Shown here in pieces: positions 61,425 to 64,000 of a DNA stretch of 64,000 nt. Source of the DNA: Nitrosopumilus sp. (GTDB lineage: Archaea; Thermoproteota; Nitrososphaeria; Nitrososphaerales; Nitrosopumilaceae); contig CBDBGZ010000005.1 of the NCBI GenBank assembly GCA_965205425.1, positions 96,001-160,000 on the forward strand. The letters are read 5' to 3'. Within the stretch, counting starts at the first letter, position 1. Every line of letters begins with the position of its first letter. The notes beneath the pieces were generated by a model. That model had not been told where the DNA came from. It did no database searches and worked only from the letters and a program-made list of their open reading frames with translations. The position numbers were made by a program, and so were the translations under genes.

Positions 61425-61853
61425 TTGAAAAACTCATTGACTTCTGCTGAAATTAGAGAAAAATTTCTAAATGATATTGTCTTCATGGGTTTAAGATCAG
61501 CCATAGGTGTGATCTTTATTCTTCACGGAATGTCAAAATTCAGTCAAGGATTTGCTGAAAACTTACCAAACATGGGATTACCTGCAGAAATGGCAATTCC
61601 CATTGCTTTAGCAGAATTAGTTCCAGGTATTTTGTTAATTATCGGAGTGTTGAGTAGATTGTCTGCATCATTAATTTCAATAATTATGTTAGGAGCAATC
61701 TTCATGGTAAAAGGAGCATCAAGCATTACAGGAAAAGGCGGAGTAGAATTAGATTTGATTTTACTTGCATCAGCACTAGTAATCATGATTGTGGGTCCTG
61801 GCAGAATATCACTTGCTCAAGCTATTAAAAAAATACCTAGATGTCTTCACTAG
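61425..61853 (+). CDS. DoxX family membrane protein
   Basis: FILHG..KF, AEL..G, GPGRISL. Confidence 0.9.
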   Translation: MKNSLTSAEIREKFLNDIVFMGLRSAIGVIFILHGMSKFSQGFAENLPNMGLPAEMAIPIALAELVPGILLIIGVLSRLSASLISIIMLGAIFMVKGASSITGKGGVELDLILLASALVIMIVGPGRISLAQAIKKIPRCLH

Positions 61854-63211
61854 GGCGTACCAAAATTATCCATAATCATACACATACACTTTGTTGTTTT
61901 CTTGAGTAAATCAACTCGTGCAAATTCATTAGGAGAATGAATCCTTGAAAACATGTATGTGCTACCCATAGAAATGCAAGGAGCTTTTAGAATTTCAACA
62001 AAAGGATACATCGGACCAGTTCCAGCATTTGAAACATTCAGAATAGAAGTACCAAAAGATTTGTCTGCTGCATCTTTTACTTGGGAAACAAATGGATGAG
62101 AAGAATTAGTCCTAGCAGCTGCTTCGCCATGAAATACTTTGATACCAATATCAGAAAATCCTTTTGATTTTAGATGTTTTTTTAATCGCAATACTTGTTT
62201 TTTAGGATCCATTTTAGGAATTAATCTAAAATCTATTTTCACTAAAGCACTACCAGGAAGAACAGTTTTTGCACCATCTCCAGTATATCCTGAAACAAAT
62301 CCTGCAATATTGCATGTAGCACCTCCAACCATCGCTTTTTTTGCCTCTAATCCTTGCAGATTCCCAACAAAAGATTTTATTCCAAATTCTTGTTTAAACG
62401 CATTTTCATCAAATGGTTCTTTTTGAATAATTTTTAAATCATTTTTTGATAACGATGAAACTTCTTTGTACCAATCTTTAATGAGGATTTTACCATCAGA
62501 ATTTCGAAGTGTGTTTACAGCCTCAATTAGTCGCCATGCAGGGTTTTTTATCAAAACAGCTAAACTAGAATGTGCATTTCTAACGGATTCTTTAACAGAT
62601 AATTCCACAAAGAGTAATCCTTTCATTCCAAGACCAATGATTGGTCTATTTTTTGCATCAACATATCCAAATTCCCAGATAACACCATCGCAGGAGAATT
62701 TCTTTTTATATTTTTTTAGATAGTCTTCAATGTGTGCACTGCCAGTTTCTTCTTCGCCTTCAATTACAAATTTTATGTTACATGGAACATCACCTGATGT
62801 TTTTAGACAAGCTTCAACTGCTTTGATTCTAGTAATGAGTTCACCTTTATCATCAGTTGCACCCCTTCCAAAAATTTTATTGCCTTTTCTAACACCACTA
62901 AACGGAGGATCATCCCACAAATCAAAAGGTTCAGCAGGTTGGACGTCGTAATGATTGTAAAACATTAGGGTTTTTGATGGATTTTGTTTTGATTTAATTT
63001 CACCATATACAATTGGTGCAACTCCTTTCTTTAATTGTAAAATTTCAGATTTGGCTCCAGATTTTTTTAATAATTTTTGAACAAGTTTTGCACATTCTTC
63101 AATACCTTCATTTTTTGCAGATACACTAGGTTGACGAATTAACGTCTGTAAATCAGAAATAAGATCATCCATGTGAGAATTGACATATTTTGTGGCAATC
63201 ATTTCAGTCAT
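61850..63211 (-). CDS. M20 family metallopeptidase
   Basis: HYDVQP, GRGATDDKG, EGEEE, HSPNE. Confidence 0.95.
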   Translation of the reverse strand: MTEMIATKYVNSHMDDLISDLQTLIRQPSVSAKNEGIEECAKLVQKLLKKSGAKSEILQLKKGVAPIVYGEIKSKQNPSKTLMFYNHYDVQPAEPFDLWDDPPFSGVRKGNKIFGRGATDDKGELITRIKAVEACLKTSGDVPCNIKFVIEGEEETGSAHIEDYLKKYKKKFSCDGVIWEFGYVDAKNRPIIGLGMKGLLFVELSVKESVRNAHSSLAVLIKNPAWRLIEAVNTLRNSDGKILIKDWYKEVSSLSKNDLKIIQKEPFDENAFKQEFGIKSFVGNLQGLEAKKAMVGGATCNIAGFVSGYTGDGAKTVLPGSALVKIDFRLIPKMDPKKQVLRLKKHLKSKGFSDIGIKVFHGEAAARTNSSHPFVSQVKDAADKSFGTSILNVSNAGTGPMYPFVEILKAPCISMGSTYMFSRIHSPNEFARVDLLKKTTKCMCMIMDNFGTP

Positions 63212-64000
63212 ACTATTCTATCAAACGGCTTCATCACATAGAGGATTTCATTCAACAAATCCATAGAGGTCATATGCAAACCCAATTTCTTTTGAGCCGC
63301 TTTGCCTGCCAATCCATTGATAAATGTGGCAGCAGCAGCAGATTCTAAAGGATTTCTATTATTTGACAGCAATCCAGCAACTAATCCAGATAGTACATCT
63401 CCGGTTCCACCAACAGTCATTGCAGGTGTTTTTTTCTCATTTAGATAAGTAGTTGAACCATTTGAAATTACATCGGTTGCACCTTTAAGCAACACAGTAA
63501 TTCCAAATTCCTTTGCTTTATTTTCCACAAGTTTGATTCTTTCATTTTTAGAGTTGGATGGAGAGTCTCCAAACAATCTTTTGAATTCTCCGGCATGCGG
63601 AGTAACTACAACATTCTTGTTTGCCAATAAGGGTAACACTTCAGGAATCAGAGCACTTGCATCTAAAGATAAACGAACGTCTCTATCCAATAATGATTTT
63701 ACAAAATGTAACAAAGAATTTTTTTCTTGAATTGCAAGTCCCATTCCAATTGTAGCAGAATGTAGATTACGAGGTAATGCACCAATAAGCTTGTTTACTG
63801 CACCCAAAGTTAGTTTCTGATCAACTAGAGGGATTACAATCAAGTTTGGGGAAATAGCACGAGTTGGAGTGACGTTAATTTTTGGAACACACGTGTAAAC
63901 TAGATCTGTACCACATTTCAATGCAGCAAGAGATGATAAAATTGGAGCTCCATGGTAAATGTAACTTCCGCCAACAACCAGAGCGATTCCATTGTCACCT
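63208..64000 (-). CDS. nnrD: ADP-dependent NAD(P)H-hydrate dehydratase (5' end outside window)
   Basis: GGS..YHGAP, LDA.AL, TPHAGEF, LKG..D, GGTGDVL.G. Confidence 0.93.
   Translation of the reverse strand, partial: GDNGIALVVGGSYIYHGAPILSSLAALKCGTDLVYTCVPKINVTPTRAISPNLIVIPLVDQKLTLGAVNKLIGALPRNLHSATIGMGLAIQEKNSLLHFVKSLLDRDVRLSLDASALIPEVLPLLANKNVVVTPHAGEFKRLFGDSPSNSKNERIKLVENKAKEFGITVLLKGATDVISNGSTTYLNEKKTPAMTVGGTGDVLSGLVAGLLSNNRNPLESAAAATFINGLAGKAAQKKLGLHMTSMDLLNEILYVMKPFDRIV

Overview
AT-rich archaeal window, most likely a Nitrosopumilus-like thaumarchaeon (aEF-2, FEN1, CdvA, proteasome beta, PAC2, futalosine-pathway MqnD/MqnE, ThyX, tRNA-Ser(CGA)). Intact housekeeping genes are interrupted by two accessory regions. 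The first (~20.1-28.0 kb) is a decayed integrative element. It contains a probable tyrosine-integrase stub, type I R-M remnants (hsdM C-terminus, half-size hsdS) and nested IS elements. The second (~45.7-53.7 kb) is rich in nuclease and nucleotide-metabolism genes: a beta-CASP nuclease, a frameshifted PD-(D/E)xK nuclease, a RusA-like protein, a Mesh1-like alarmone hydrolase and an NDT/TIR-like protein. It also holds a CARF-like/wHTH regulator transcribed divergently from a PIN nuclease and six translationally coupled micro-ORFs, which is the best candidate for an undescribed system. All six IS copies (IS5/IS903-like x2, IS630 x2, IS481, one other DDE) carry inactivating lesions. Several small Cys/His-rich ORFs below the ORF-track cutoff, a triple palindromic repeat and a candidate small RNA were found by hand. 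Family assignments come from motif recognition only; no database search was run.
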